Source: Sphaerodactylus townsendi (lineage: Eukaryota). From it: a DNA stretch of 64,000 bases. The notes below the pieces were generated by a model, which made no database searches, had not been told where the DNA came from, and saw nothing but the letters and a program-made list of their open reading frames with translations. Of this stretch, positions 33,701 through 48,700 are shown one piece after another. Within the stretch, counting starts at the first letter, position 1; the number at the start of each line of letters is the position of its first letter. Location: NCBI RefSeq assembly GCF_021028975.2, contig NC_059432.1:82770001-82834000 (forward strand), in the 5' to 3' direction. Both the position numbers and the translations under genes were made by a program.

Positions 33701-36700
33701 AAAGGGACTTTCTTACCCATTCTCTTCTTCACCAGGCCAAATATCATCTTCATAGAATATATCTTCTTGACCATTTTTTGATATGTAACTGAACAATTCT
33801 GGGACCCTAACAATGCAGAAATAAATTTGAGTAAATTTCCCACACATCTCTGTTCAAATTCCCAAGATCTCCATTTATTGCCCTCTGAGTAGGTGCAACA
33901 GAACAGAATAATGTGTATTGAAAAGTGATTTGGGATCCCAAATGCAATATGTTATAATATTTTGGGATATTTTTACAGCATAGCTGATCCCAAATGTAGC
34001 ATGACAAAAATTCAGAATTCAGAACCAAGACAACTCTCCCTTTCATTTGTATAATTTGTTTTGATCATGAAAAATAAGTATTGTACAGAATCCGACATGC
34101 AATTTGCAGTTGGTAAAATGTTGCTAATTGTACAGTATACAAGAATGATCCACAGAATACAAAACTCTTCATAGAAGGCAGCTTGTGCCAGTAGCAGAAG
34201 GCTGCTAACAGCAATGGAATGCAAACTTTGAATCCAATATATTTTCCAGCGAGAACAAAGTTTAGTAGAACCAATTACCATCACAATTAGTTATCATTTT
34301 TATTCTTTGAACACTAGAAATAATTAAATGGGATGGCACACCATCTCAAAATGGCTGAGGCAAGCTATTAAACAAGGGCTGATGGGCTAACTTCATGGTC
34401 AAAACATTGAAAGCTTTTTTGCTGCAATAGATCTCAATCATGGGAAAGTCAGAGAAAAATCAGGAGTGGTAGGACTCATGTAAAAGTCTACCTTTTAAAG
34501 AGGTAAAGTGAGATATAACCCCACACAGTTGTTGGTTATTGTTGCCAGTACCTCTGATGTACCAGAAAATATTTCTCACTGGCTACATTCTGTATTTTTA
34601 AAAATTCTAGGCTACCTTTCCCCACAAATGCAGGCTCAAGGAAACTCGCTTCAAGTCTTTCAAGGTAAATACAGAAATAAATGAATTTAATATTAGTTTA
34701 TACGGTGCACTGGATGAATAAAGCATAATACCTTTCTAAATATTCAGCAAGGAGTTGTTCTACTGCAGAAGAATACATCCACTCATTTCCAACTTTCTTT
34801 GTATATCCAGGGACTTCCTCATTCTTTTTATTGAATTTTAGGTTCAATCCTACATTTGCTTTATGGTCTCCATGTGGACTGCAAACGAAAGATCAAATTG
34901 GGGGCATATAAGTAATCGCCAAGATAATAAATTGCTGATCCTGTTTGATTTTTCCTGTTCTTTAACTGATATTTAACTACCCGCAATGCTCCATTCTTTT
35001 TATAGGGCAATGGGATAGTAACAGTCAGTGAACCTACATCAAAATGGAGAGGTGGAATATAATTTTTTTCCCATCTTCCACCTCACACTGTTTCATCTTC
35101 CCTCCCAATGCAAATCCACAGACCCGTCTCTTTTCCTGCTTCTTCCTCTCTTTCCTACCCATCAAACAAACTTTCTTTTATCTGACCAAGGCTAGGAGGG
35201 CTCAGTAATAGCTTGATTGCCTTTTGCCGCCAAGTCACAGATGACTTAAGGTGGCCTCGTAGGGTTTCTAAAGCAAGAGATGCCTTTCCCTTCCAAATAC
35301 TAGACAAGGTCGGGACCAAAAGTTTGTGACTGACTCACTCAGGAAGCTTTCAGGGTGTGCCTGGGGATTTGAATCTGGGTTTCCTAGATCCTAGTCTGAC
35401 TCCTTAACCTCTATACCACACTGGCTCGTGTTGCCTAGCAACCCCAAAATAACCACCAGGCTCTCAGATAACTCAGTGAGTTTCCACCTCACAAAAAAAC
35501 AATATTACTTTTAATGGGAAAGGGAAATACCCTTCCGCAATGTATTTTTAAAATTTCAGAATGTTCTGTAAACCAGGGCTTCCCTCAGACTTGTAGAACA
35601 ATCCTTTCTGCGTCTCTAGTCCCAATATGTGGAGTTTTTGAGCTCAAGTATTTTCTACTCTGACTTTGCTCTCCACTGCGAAACATAAACGAACATGCAA
35701 ATATACACATGCAGAACCTCTGCCCTTTTCATTTCTGTCATCAGAATGAAACTTCAAAAGGGCCACTGGTGACTAGGTAACAGCATTTTGGTAGCTCTAG
35801 CTTTAATTCATATAAGCAATTAGTTGTCTTACCACAAACGTTTACACAAAACTTACTTTTTCTTGGATCCTCGTCCAATAAAAATGCTTCCTGTAAATCT
35901 AGACACAAGATAGCCACTTACACCAAGACGAGAAGCCAAAACATATCCAGGATTGTACTTCACAGAATATTTCTGCAACAAAAAAATTGTATAACTGAAA
36001 AAGGTAAGAAGTCTTTCTTGAAGCCAAATCGCTTCTGTCTGACAGTGACCAGGAACGTCTTTTATCTTTTGCTACTTAGGTCTTGAAAGGAAGAAACAAA
36101 ACACAAATAACCATCAGCAATAAATTTTGCTATCCTAACCTATCAGTTATCACAATAAAGACATTGCATAAGCTATCATTACGTTTGAGTAGCAGTGAGA
36201 TTTCTTGTATTCCTGATTTGGCAATTTGAACTGTGGAAAATCAAGAAGTTTCTGAAAAGAAGTGAACAGAGCACAGAGCATTCTCTGCTTGTATTATTCT
36301 TCTAACCTGCAAGGATCATATCACCCACACATTTGCATAATTTTTATGCAGAGTCTTCAAAACAGACAGAAAACCTGTGTGTACTAGGAGTGTGCAGTTA
36401 GCAACTAATCAAAACATAAACCAAATACATCCAACTTTTCAACAGCATATTATCATAACTAATTCAAATTGAAAAATCAACACCTAATATCACGAAAGTT
36501 TCCAACCTGGCTATTATTCTAGCACCTGGCTAACTAATATAGCTTCTGCAGAGATATATCCACTTACGTGCTGATTTTGGATTAAGGCATCCAGCTGTGG
36601 TTCACATGGAATACTGAAAACAACACGAATTCTACCTTCTGAGATCACATCACCTGAATCTTGAACCTTAAAAAGGTGAAAAATATCAATGAGATGCATC

Positions 36701-39700
36701 CTAATGACCACCAGAGCAATGTACTAATAGCAAATGAGTCTCACTGTATTTTTCAGAGGGCTCCACGTGGTATACACAGCTTGCCACGTGTCCTTTAAAA
36801 ATAGGCTGCCTAGAGTATGGGCAAGGGAAAAGGGAAGGGAGCTTGGGCCGGGGGGGGGGGGGGGGGGGGGGGGTCACCAACTTAAAACCCCCCACACCAA
36901 ATAGATTGCTTGGAATTGCTAAGTTTCAGACCCATTAGGTATTCCAATCTAGCCTAGGTAGTCTGTTCAGTAAAAGCAGTTACTGTGTCAACAATGAGTC
37001 ATTTTTGATTTGTAGAAAAATCTATTGGAAAGTTTTTTCAGAGTATTAAAAACTAACTTCTCCTGTGCACCCATAGTAAGGTGTTCCCAGCATGAAGACG
37101 GTACAGCCAAGAGGGAATAGGTCATCCAAAGTTTTGATCTTAGAGAAGAGGGAATCGAAAGCTTTTATATCCTGCAAGGAAAAAGCAGAAGGTTCAATTA
37201 AGGATTAAAAGTATACCTGAAGTGTAATCATACAGTACAATAGCTTGAATCCCATCCTGCCACTATAAAAGTAAAGATACCTTTTCACTCATTGTTTCTA
37301 TATGGGGAGGAAGCATTTCTGCAAATTCCTTTTTCCTCTACAGTGCTACACAACATTTTATGTTGTTCAATGCCACCATCTAGGGTGCAGAGGGTTGCAG
37401 CAGGAAGTAGGAGACAGAAAAACTGAACAAGCAAGACTACATTTGCTGAACCTAACCTGCCAGTCCATTATAAAGCTTAATATGGAAGAAGATATCACTT
37501 TTTAGTAGTTCCATTAAAACTGAAGCTCTAGGGCTGATATGAACAATTCCCAAACACACTTAATACACTTTAATATGGATACAGGACTTTGATCCTTAAA
37601 TTTCATAGCAGGCTCTGATTCATGACATCAGGCTACTTACTGAAAGAAAAGGCACTAGGTGTAAGAATATTTTTTTTTGCACTTTTTGGTTTGTGTTTAA
37701 CTACCTTCAGGTTCGAATTTTGTGTTTAACTACCTTCAGAAAATGTTGGTAAAGCTGAATAAAGCCGATACCCATTAAGAATAACACATTGGCTTTATTT
37801 GGCCTTTTAACCAAAATTTTTGGGTTTCTAACACCTGAACTTTACTGAGTAAACCCCCACCCCACTCCCGGCTGCAAGGAGAGTTTCAGCTGAATGCTGG
37901 ACTGCAATCCAGTCTTCTGTTGAAGCTCTTCTCTTCCTACCACCATTTTCCAAATCCACATGGACCTTGGAAATGGTGGCAAGGGTTGTGGAGTGGGGGC
38001 TTGAGCTCCAGCATGAAGACTATATTGGTGCTACCAAAAACCTGGGGGGGGGGGAGGGGTTGGTAAAGGGAAACCTTCACTGAAGAAAAAGTTAAAAGAT
38101 TTTACTGAATCACCACCTCTGAAGGGCACATGATAATATCCCTTCACTGCGTGTCATAGTACGGATGATGCTGGCAGTGAAAATTGAAGCTAGAATGATA
38201 CTCCCCAGACTCCTCTCTCAGAGGATACAGAGCTCTAGTAGCAGTAAAGGCTACAGATGGAATGGAGGCAGGTTTGCGGAGCTCAGTTTTATAAGGGTAT
38301 TCTGCTATAGTTACCTTTTTTTTTTAAAGAAAAAGGTTTTTTTAACATAAAAGAATTTACAAAAATTCACCCTTGAGAATTACCTGACATGACATTATCT
38401 AGACCAGGGGTAGGGAACCTGCGGCTCTCCAGATGTTCAGGAACTACAATTCCCATCAGCCTCTGTCAGCATGGCCAATTGGCCATGCTGGTAGGGGCTG
38501 ATGGGAATTGTAGTTCCTGAACATCTGGAGAGCCGCAGGTTCCCTACCCCTGATCTAGACTGGAATGGCAAAATGAAGCATTGGTGAAACTCACCTTGAC
38601 AATTGTTTGGTATGCAAAAGGCAGAATTTGCTTGGACCACTGTTTCTCCAAACATACTTTGCCACCTTGATTCAACTGGTATCTACGTCCAGTAAGTAAC
38701 TGCGCATATACAATTATAGAGGTATCATCTATAATTACACCTTTTCTTCTCTGGTAGCTGATGGAAAGAGGAAATGGTAGGTTAAAAGGTGTATAAGTAA
38801 AGAAAAAATGAATTAACACTGTCTCCTTAATTTTTACAATTCACTCCCATTTTGAAGAGATGATACTCTAAAACCACCAGAGTAAAATAAGTTTTACAAG
38901 GTACTATAGGTAGAAAGACACTTTCCAACCCTGCACTTCCATATTACAAATAAACACAAAAAAAAGGAACTATGTCCAGGATTCAAGAATACCAGTCATG
39001 CTGGTTAACAGTGATAAAAAACCCAAGTTTTGTAGATGAGAAACAGTTTTGTCATAGACATGCAATAGTTGTTGTTAAGTAAGCATATTTTTTACATTAT
39101 TATATATATGCTATGAAGAAAAAATGCAACAGCAGGGTTAAAGGGCCATGAAAAACAGGAATTACAAGGTCAGATGTAATTAGGTAAGTTTAGCAGAACT
39201 CAATAAAATGCAGAAACTATTTATAACAGCAGCTATTATGAATTACTATCTTAGTATGTCAAGAGAGAATCCATTTTGTTTGCTAAAGGCCTAGTAAAAT
39301 CCTTTTGCCTTTCTCATGAGCTAAGATATTTTTTTAAGTAGGTGTCATTAATTGGGAATTAGCATTCTATCTCTTCAAGGTCACTGTACTTGTTAGAAAG
39401 TTGGAGTCATCTTCGTTAATTTCAACCGGCTGGAACTAGTTAGTTTGGAGATGTAAAAGAGGGTTTCGTTTTAGCAGGGATGGGTAGGTTCAGTCACAAT
39501 CTAGAACATTCTGTTCAAAGTGTGCCATGACTAGTTAATCAATGATCACCTGTTATGGCAAGCCTAAACAATAAATTAGTTCAATCACTGTTAGCAATTA
39601 CTTTCCTCTTCTGTTCTATGCTTTTGCCTTCTACTCTGCCTGAAATTCTACTGGAACTTTGCACATGTACTGAAGACATCTAGTACCTTTCGCCTGCAAG

Positions 39701-42700
39701 TATTCCTTAATAGTACATAGACTTTAGCCTACAAGCATCATGGAGCCACACAGTTCCTGGGTGCCCATGTATCTGGCCTCTCTGCCAGCACAGTTGCCCC
39801 TTGCAACGGGTCTAGAGGTGAGTCTGCCCTCCCAAATTGGGCTCACAGTGTATTACAAAAAGCTTTCATGCTATAAAGATAAGCTGCAGAGTCTTACTAT
39901 TCTGAGATCCCCTGGATTTCTTTTATCCATATACTCCGCTCTTTGTCTCCAACATGAGATACTTTAGTTGCTGGCACAGCATTTTCCATGTAAAGTTTCT
40001 GTGTTCCAGGTGGCTCTTCCAAATTAAACCTTAAAGTATGCAGATAAACAATACAACACAAAAATAAACCTATGTTTGCAAAAGTAAATTTCTAACCAAC
40101 TTCTTGGGAATTTAATATACCCTTTTCAGGATAAAGATGATACCAGATTTGAGAATCCATCCACCATTTCCTGGATCATTTTTGTTCTAGAATGTTCCAT
40201 TTGGGTCCTGGTGCCTACCTAGCTCTGTCCCCAATGCACTAGGACCCAACTAGAGTATTCAAAAACAAAGAAACTCCAGGAAACGAGAGAGGAATTCTCC
40301 AATCTGGCATCATCTTTATCCTGACAAGGGTCTGGCTAATGCACTTAAGACAGCAGGTGAAACAGAAATGCATTTTTAACTCTACCAATAAAACAACTAA
40401 ATTGCAGAAAAATACAGACACTATGGCCCCTTCCGCACACGCAAAATAATGCGTTTTCAAACCACTTTCCCAACAGTTTGCAAGTGGATTTTGCCATTCT
40501 GCACAGCTTCAAAGAGCACTGAAAGCAGTTTGAAAGTGCATTATTCTGCATGTGTGGAATGAGCCTATGATTTGAGGTAGAATAATCCTGCTAAGTCTCT
40601 ATACCACTTTCTCATCAAGATTGTTGACTTTTCTCCCACCAGAAGAGGAGAGCTGGTGAATAACATTTTGAACGTCCATACAAACAAGCAATATTTCCAT
40701 AGTCATATTCAAACATGAATATTCAACAGAATATATCAAGAATTACTATGCGAGATAATGTGGTCTCTTACTTTGTTTCGCCATCTGATACAGCAACAGC
40801 CCTTGCTTCTTCCAGGTGTGGCCAATTAACAAAGACTGATTTCCCTAGCACCAGACTGGAGACATTTTCTACACTCTAAAGGAGAAAAGTGAGTTAATCA
40901 ATGTGGCAAAGCTAATCTATGATAAATATTCTGTAGATACTAAATATTCACTTTAGTAATGAATTAATTTTGCCCTGCACTACAGGAGGCCACATTAGGG
41001 GTAAAGTAAGTTGTGTAGAGAGGAGATTTGCACATATTTGTCAGTCACTGCTGAGTAATTAATAGAGAGATTAGATTCAGCCTTAAAATCTTCAATATTG
41101 GCTCCAAAGAGCATTAGAGCTCAAATGTGCATAGATCATATGGTGGCGGTAATAACCCTTTCAGGATTTGTAATTTCCTTAATAACTACTTGAACTCAAC
41201 AAGGGCCACATGATAGTTGCATTGTCTTCATCCAAGCAAGAATACCTTTGAAGGTAGGCCAGCCTAGCCCGGATGGTTATAAACATCCAACTGCTTTCCC
41301 ACTCTTTTTCCTTTATTCCCCTTCCACTGACTTCATAAGACTTTGTAATACTGACAATAAACCTTCATAATGGCACATTGCAACCCTTCTCTATGAAGAT
41401 TTTGTTTGTTTGTTTGTTTGATATCCTGCTCTTTCCCCGCAGGGCTTAGGGCAGGTCACTACATAAAAACTTAACGATCAACTAACTTTAAAAATACAGC
41501 CTTACTATAAAAACAATTAAAATCAATTTAAATACAATATTGAGCGCCCACACTATTAGAGTAAAGCTGATGGCAATTAATGAACCTTTCCACCCCCACC
41601 AGGAGACCGAAAGAGATGATCTATAAAATTCAATCTGGCTGGCTAGATGGAAAGGCCTGGTGGAACAGCTATGTCTTGCAGGCCCTGCAAAATTGCCACA
41701 ACTTGCACAGGGTCCTAACATCGCTTGTCAGCTTGTTCAACCACACCGGAGCCAGGACTGTAAAAGCCCTGGCTCTCGTAAAAGCCGGTCAGGTATCTCT
41801 TGGCCTGGAAATCGTCAGGAGGTTCCCCTCCGATACAAATGGAAGAGCCCTGTAGGGCAATATGGGGGGGGGGGGGGGGGATGGAAAATAAAACTTCCTG
41901 AAATGCTATAGTGCAGCTGTTGTGGTGTAGTGACTGTGAAGTTCAGCTATACATCAGAGTGCTCCTGCTCCTAACCTTGCTTCTGCCAAGAACTCAGTCA
42001 GAAGCGTTAGGCAAACCTCTCTGTTTCAGCCTTGCATTATAGGGACAATACTTCTCTACTTTCCAGGATTGTTATAAAGATTTCAAAGATATGGTATGTG
42101 AAGAATTGTAAACAATGGAACATGCAATACAAGTGCAAAGTATTATTATTTAAAAAGCTAGATACTCACAAGTTCCTTTGGATCTTCATCCATTGTTATT
42201 TCTAACAGCATATTTTCTCCATGGCTGCTTTGCTGAAACACTTGCACCCCGCTTTTTTTAAGGTAGAACTAAAATAGGGGAATAAAGGTAATTCTTAAAC
42301 TAAGCGCTGCCCACAGAATGAACTTGTGACAAAAATAAATATGACGTTTCATTTTACCGTATGCTTAATGTGCTTCAAAGTAGGGAAGCCACAGAAATAC
42401 AGCTTCCCTAAATCCAGCTTAGTTATTTTATTATGGGATATATCTACATGCCAGGAGTCCAAAGATATAGCTTTATGCCTGTGGGGAAAAAAACACGGAA
42501 TCAGAAGAAGCTTCAAGCAGAGCTACCCCAAGAAATACCCTCCATACACACAACACTGCTTCTAAAACAGTGGTTCTCAACCTTCCTAATGCTGCAACCC
42601 TTTAATACAGTTCCTCATGTTGTGGTGACCCCCAACCCTAACATTTATCCATTTTACAGATGGAGAACACTGATGCGGAGAGTCTTAAGCAACCCCTGTG

Positions 42701-45700
42701 AAAGGGTCGTTTGACCCCCAAAGGGGTCCCGACCCCCAGGTTGAGAACCACTGTTCTAAAATGGAAGAAGCCATTACCAATAGACCCTTTAATCTTTTGA
42801 GCTCTACTGAGCCCTGTCCCAAGTCTGTGAGGATCAGTGAACCTTCAAAAATATGTGAAACTGCAGAATTAGAGGAAAACGGTGCTCTCCTCTTGCATAA
42901 GATCGGGAGCTAATGGAAACAAGAGTGCAGGCAAGAGGTAGGAGATTTCTGCAGGTCCCCTACTGCCACTACATCTTGCCCACAACCCACATCATTCCCA
43001 AGGCAGCAACCCTAAAGAGCTGCTGCGGGGAGCAGCAGACTGTACTGCCATGGGAAGAGGCAATCAGCAGAGACCCCTTCTGTGGGATCTGCTGTGTTCA
43101 CAGTGGTTTGGATTCAGTGCCTTTCATAACGAATAAACATTGAAAAACATTCAGTTATTTTGCTTACAGCAACCTGCCAGACAAGATGAAAGGAAGGGTA
43201 TTAGGTATTGAAGAATGCATTCTCTGGACATTTAAGAACTCTACTAATCAATACCGTCTTTCAGAAAACATAAAGGGAAATGACAGCTTACAACACTTGA
43301 TTCCCATTCTTCTCAGAACAGCTTATTATTATGATTTATGCTGTACTGGATCCACTGGTGCATGAATAAGTGCTTTTAAAAACTGATGGTAGTTAAATTC
43401 CATCAACATCTAATGAAATTAAGAGTCGGTGAAGCAATGGATTGCACCCTTTACTTTGGAAAATTAATACTTAAGAACCAGCATGGAGTAACAGTTAAGA
43501 GTGCTGGAATAGAATCTGGAAGGCTAAGGTTCAAATCCCCTCTTTGCCATGCAAGCTTGCGAGGTAACCTTGGGCCAGTAACATACTCTCAGTCTAACCT
43601 ACCACACAGGGTTATTGTGAGGATAAAACAAAGGCAATGAGAACAAAGTAAACCACTTTGTGTTTCCACGGGGGAGAAAGGCAGGGTATAAATGATCTAA
43701 CTATTGCGGTCTTACCTTGTATGACACCTTTCTATGGAAGAGAACTTCTCTGGCCATGGCGATAGGTATTGGAACTCTGTATCTTTGTCATACGTGCACA
43801 TCAAGCACTCACTGTGCCTATTTCTTTGCCTTTCTTCCTCTGTCAACAACATACTGCAAAATTCCATTGCCTCTAGCAATTGTCTCTAACAAAAGCATTT
43901 GACAGACACAGTGAACATTAATGATCATGACAACTCTACTTAAAGAAAGACAACAAAATATTTTCCAATACTGTCTTTTTTGGGTTGCCGCTTCTAACAG
44001 AAGGGCTAGACTTCCTATTCAGGCACTGTTTGAAATAAATTTCACTCAAAATTAAGATCCACTAATTTCAAAGGGACTAATCTCAGCAGACCCAACACTT
44101 ACGATCTTTGAGCCTTGGGGGATATTTGGAAAAAGATGTGATATCACATATTTCCCCTTTTTTCACTGCCAAGTTGAGGATACTTTGGTTAATATAACCA
44201 TTATTAAGGGTGGTAAGGAAAAAGCACACAAGGTGAAAACAGCTGCCCCCAGTCTCATGCCATGATTGAAACAATCAGGAGTGTTACATGTACAGACTCC
44301 AAGTGTAATTAGTTCTGTCTGAATGACAACTGAAAATTGTCCTTGCCCTTGGAAATGACTGGGAGTGTGCCTCACGTTCACCCTTCCTCCCCCTTCTTTT
44401 ATCATCCCCCTTCAACAAGAATGAACTAGGAAATGAATAATGTTCAGGGTGAACTATTTTAATTGTAAATTCTCTGTTGGACATTATTCCTCTTTTCTTA
44501 GTGGTGGAGGGAAAATGACAGAAGCAGTATGATAAAAGTTAGGGTGTCTGAAACTCATTTTCAATTTCAATATGAGTGCAGTTAAGGAATAAACAGATCC
44601 AAGGTACAACAGAACTATGCATTTTGTTTATTAGTATTGGTGGGGTGGGGACAGCATTTTACCTAGATCTCTGAATATCCATGAAGATTTGCAGAGAAGA
44701 GGTAAGGTGTCATGTATATATTGATTCCTCAGTAGAATATAAGCATTACTGATAATGAACACAACTCTTTATGCAGCAAGAATTTAAAAAGCAGAACATT
44801 CTAAGACTGCACCAATTTCTATTTACAAGATTATATATTTACAGTTGCCTAAGTTTAGTTAAAAATCTGATCAAAAATTTCACCTCATTAATAAATGGAA
44901 TTAACACTACAGCTTCCCATTCTTGTTGCTTTCCATTTAGATCCGTTTTAAATTCTGTTGGATAATATTCAATAATGGGAGACTCTTCACTGATCATCAA
45001 ATGCTAGAAAATACAAAAGGAACAACTCAGACCTAACCACATTGTACTAAAGTAATGCACATTTCAGTTTTCAACAGACAGGTTAGAACACAGTACTATT
45101 CTATTTTATTTATTATTTCTCCTATACACAGTCTATTTATTATTTTATTTATTATTTCTCCTTATAAACACAGTCTATTCAATCCCCTTTCAGCTTTTAG
45201 GAATTCAGAGCATTTACAGAGTGGTTACAGCAGTTACAGCAGCTTAAATTTTCTTAATGGCTTAGTGGAACAGCTAATACAGATAAGTTGTTAAAAAAAA
45301 CTTGTGAATGAGCTGGGAGTGTGCATCTACTTTGCCTGCCGGAACCGGAACTCCCCAATGTTCCATTATGCTTCACTCCCTTATAAGCATTCCAGAAATT
45401 GAACAAGTCACTATTTTAATTGAGAAAGTGATTGCCATATAAAGAAAATAAAACGCATGATAGCAAAATAAAAGGACCCTCACAACTCCATAAAAGAATG
45501 GCAGCATTAACTGAACTTAATGACAGGTCTCTTAAAATATTACAGCTTACCTGGTAGCATTTAGGTAGCAGATCTTTACTACCTGCTGGAAGTACTGCAA
45601 GAAGCTGTTCAAATGGCATGAATGGTTTTCCTAAATCGAAGTGAATCTTCAGTTTACTGATATTGCGGATATCTGATAAATAAGGTGCATAATGATAGGG

Positions 45701-48700
45701 ATAGTACCTGTGTAGAAGAAATACATTATTTAGATCTTCAGAATACACCGTTAATGCAAGGTTATTAGGGAAAAAACATATGTATTAACAGAACAGATAT
45801 GTCATTCAGGCAGGATTATTCTGAAAGACAACTATATTAGTTGAGGTCAAATAAAGAGAAGTTCAAGAGATTGGGTTTCTCATAAGCAAAGAGAAAAATT
45901 ATGATCCAAATGCATTTGGTCCCAAACTTCATCTCAGACCCCTCACTTATAATCATCATCTTACCAGCTCCATGACTGAACCCCATGATAGTAGTAGTGT
46001 AATATCCACTGTATTGCCTGGATGTAGCAGTGAGCCTGATCAGCCAGAAAATCACTGTAAAAGAAACAGAAATGGAGATTTTATATTGTATTTTCTCTTG
46101 TACACCTCTATATCTAATCGAGTAGCTGTATTAGTAAGTTATCTCCAACATTAAAAGTCCACTGAGGAATTATGTTCTCAGGTGAGAAAAAAATGTCATC
46201 TAAAACTTGGTAATATTTATCAGCAAAATTACTAAAAGGGGTCGCTTCTCTTGGATCTCATGTCACCAGTCTTACTGGTATTGCCACAAAGACATTTTAG
46301 AGTTAATACTTACTCTGAAACTACTTCTACACCCATTTTTGTCATATAGTATGTTCTTTTGTATTGCCTAAATTCTGTCTCAAACAAATCATCATCTTCT
46401 GGCTCATCTTCTAATACAGCTAAAATTAAAAACAAAACAAACAGTTTTTAATATATGTTCAGCACTCAATTGTTGTTTTATTTCAAAGCTTCTACCAATA
46501 TAGATTTTTTAAAGTAAGTGCAAATAGCTATTTGCCTCTGTGTTTGTGGAAGATGCAGGCAAATCCACAGCGGGTTCAATACAGTGACTCCTACCTACTA
46601 GGTCTTTACCAAAGAAGACGTCTTTGTGGATGGGCATCACTGGATTCAAATTATTTTTTTTTAGTGTGCCTGCATGCAGATTAATTATCTCCATCACATT
46701 ATTAGCCAGAGAGCCACTTGTGTGCATATACTGAGCTGGAAGTTTTTCCCTCTCTACTCAACACATGCTTCTTCAGTACATGAATGACTATTTCCACAGG
46801 AACATCGTCTCATGAAATGTATTTTGTTTCCCTTTGATCCAATTCACACAACTTATTTAACATGCTAAATCAATTTGCCAGTCACTGCACTCTCAAAAGT
46901 GAATAAATGGCAAGTATTTAGTAACTTAGGGTTTTTCAAACTTCTAATATTTTAAATGGTCTTCACTTAATGAATAATGTCTACCAATTACTTTCAGATT
47001 CCCCCAGATATTTTACATACACAAATTTAAACAGCATAAGCACTACACAGTAGTCTGGACTTACTTTTGGAAGTTGCTATTTCCCCATTGTCAGTTTTCT
47101 CTAAAGCAGCCAAGAACATGGCATTTTCCTGAGCCTGTTAAAATTACAGTTCATACTTTTCACACAATTACAGCTCATAACAAAGCAATATGTACACGAT
47201 ACCAACACAGTATAAAGCTAACATTTCAGTAGTGTAAAATCAATAGTTACCTGTTTATGCGAAGCTTTATTTTAACAAAATTCAGGAAAACCTTAATACA
47301 TCAGGTTTAAAGAAACATTTTAATGTATGTTTGAGTTTAGATAAACTGGACCACAATTCATAGTAGAAACAAATTCCACAAAAAGCTTAATTGGGTGTCT
47401 TAAATGAAAATCATATGATGCTGCCTTGAACAACATTTTGCTTCTTACTTTTATGAAATTTTAAAAGATGTGGGTTGAACAAATGGATAGAGAAAATTAG
47501 AATAATTATTAACGTCTTCTCTGTTTATGAATTCTATTCACTGTAAATTTAAGAGACAACTATGCAAACCCCAATCATATTTGACAGATGTACCTCCTTT
47601 TCTCAAACTCACGTCCTGCAAAGATGAGGACAAAGAGGAAGCAACACAAAGTCAGTCCCATAAACAAGGGAAAATCTCTTCCAGTGCAGTCCTAAGCAGA
47701 ATTACACCATTATAAGCTCACTGATTTTAATGGACTTAGAATAGTATAATTCTGTTTAGGATTGCACTGCTAGTTACAGAGAACAGTGAGTGAACCTGCC
47801 CCAGTAACTACCGTGAAGATCAGAAAGTCTGAATACTAAAAACACTTTGACTGCTTCCCTATCACAGTGATGGCGAACCTTTTAGAGACTGAGTGCCAGG
47901 GGCGGAGCAAGGGAAAATTGCGTCCAGGGCATGCGTGCGCCCTGCGCCTCTGCCCACACCCCGTCACACCCCTGGAATGCACTTGCCATGCCTTTGTAGG
48001 GGCATGCACCCATATTGTTGTGCACCCCTCACTCCCTTGATGCTATGCCACTGCCAATTGCCCAAACTAGGGCGATGGCACGTGTGCCCACAAAGAGGGC
48101 TCTGAGTGCCACCTCTGGCACGCATGTCATAGGTTCACCACCCTAACCCTATCATTTGTTCCTCTGGCCTCCAATAAGAAGTGATGAACAAGATACGTTG
48201 CCATGGGACTCCCGCATGTCCTAAGCTCAAGCCTTCCTCCCTAGGGCAGTCCTGACACGTTCTCCTCAACATACTGCAGTTCTCCTGCTTTTTCACAAAC
48301 TACACAGAACTGACTTATTCAAGCGGGCTTTTCTACATAAGCAATAGGATAGCACTGTACAAAAGGTTTCACAAAGTAACTTGGATAAATTATTGGGGAC
48401 TGTGGTACGTACTACAGTGTATAGTTTGCTGTGGTTTAGATTCCACTGTATAATTCTGCATCATTTACAGCCCAATCTAGAGGCAGGTGGGGCTGAATCC
48501 ATCAGTGGAGGGTTGCACCAATATGGGTGTCTACCTCGCAAATACACCAGCGAGGTGGGCAAATACATAAAGGGTGGGCTCCGTGTAGCAGTGCCTGAAC
48601 TGGGAAGTTTGGGCTGTGACAGCATCCGTGGGGTGCAAAATCTCGTGGGGTGGGGGCAGTCTGGGGGCATTTTCAGAGGCAGAGCTGACTGCAGGCAGCA

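Noticed and set aside
36851-36873. Long poly-G runs (also ~10993, ~38043, ~41864) as G-quadruplex elements
   Set aside because: Simple homopolymers of uncertain length; no evidence of function from sequence alone.
1753-42753. The two SPIN MITEs as recombination substrates for the inversion
   Set aside because: They are in direct orientation, each keeps its own matching TSD, and 42.6 kb is not the breakpoint.
45096-45180. Short local tandem duplications (also ~13156-13197, ~37691-37739, ~62137-62192)
   Set aside because: Ordinary replication-slippage duplications in non-coding DNA.
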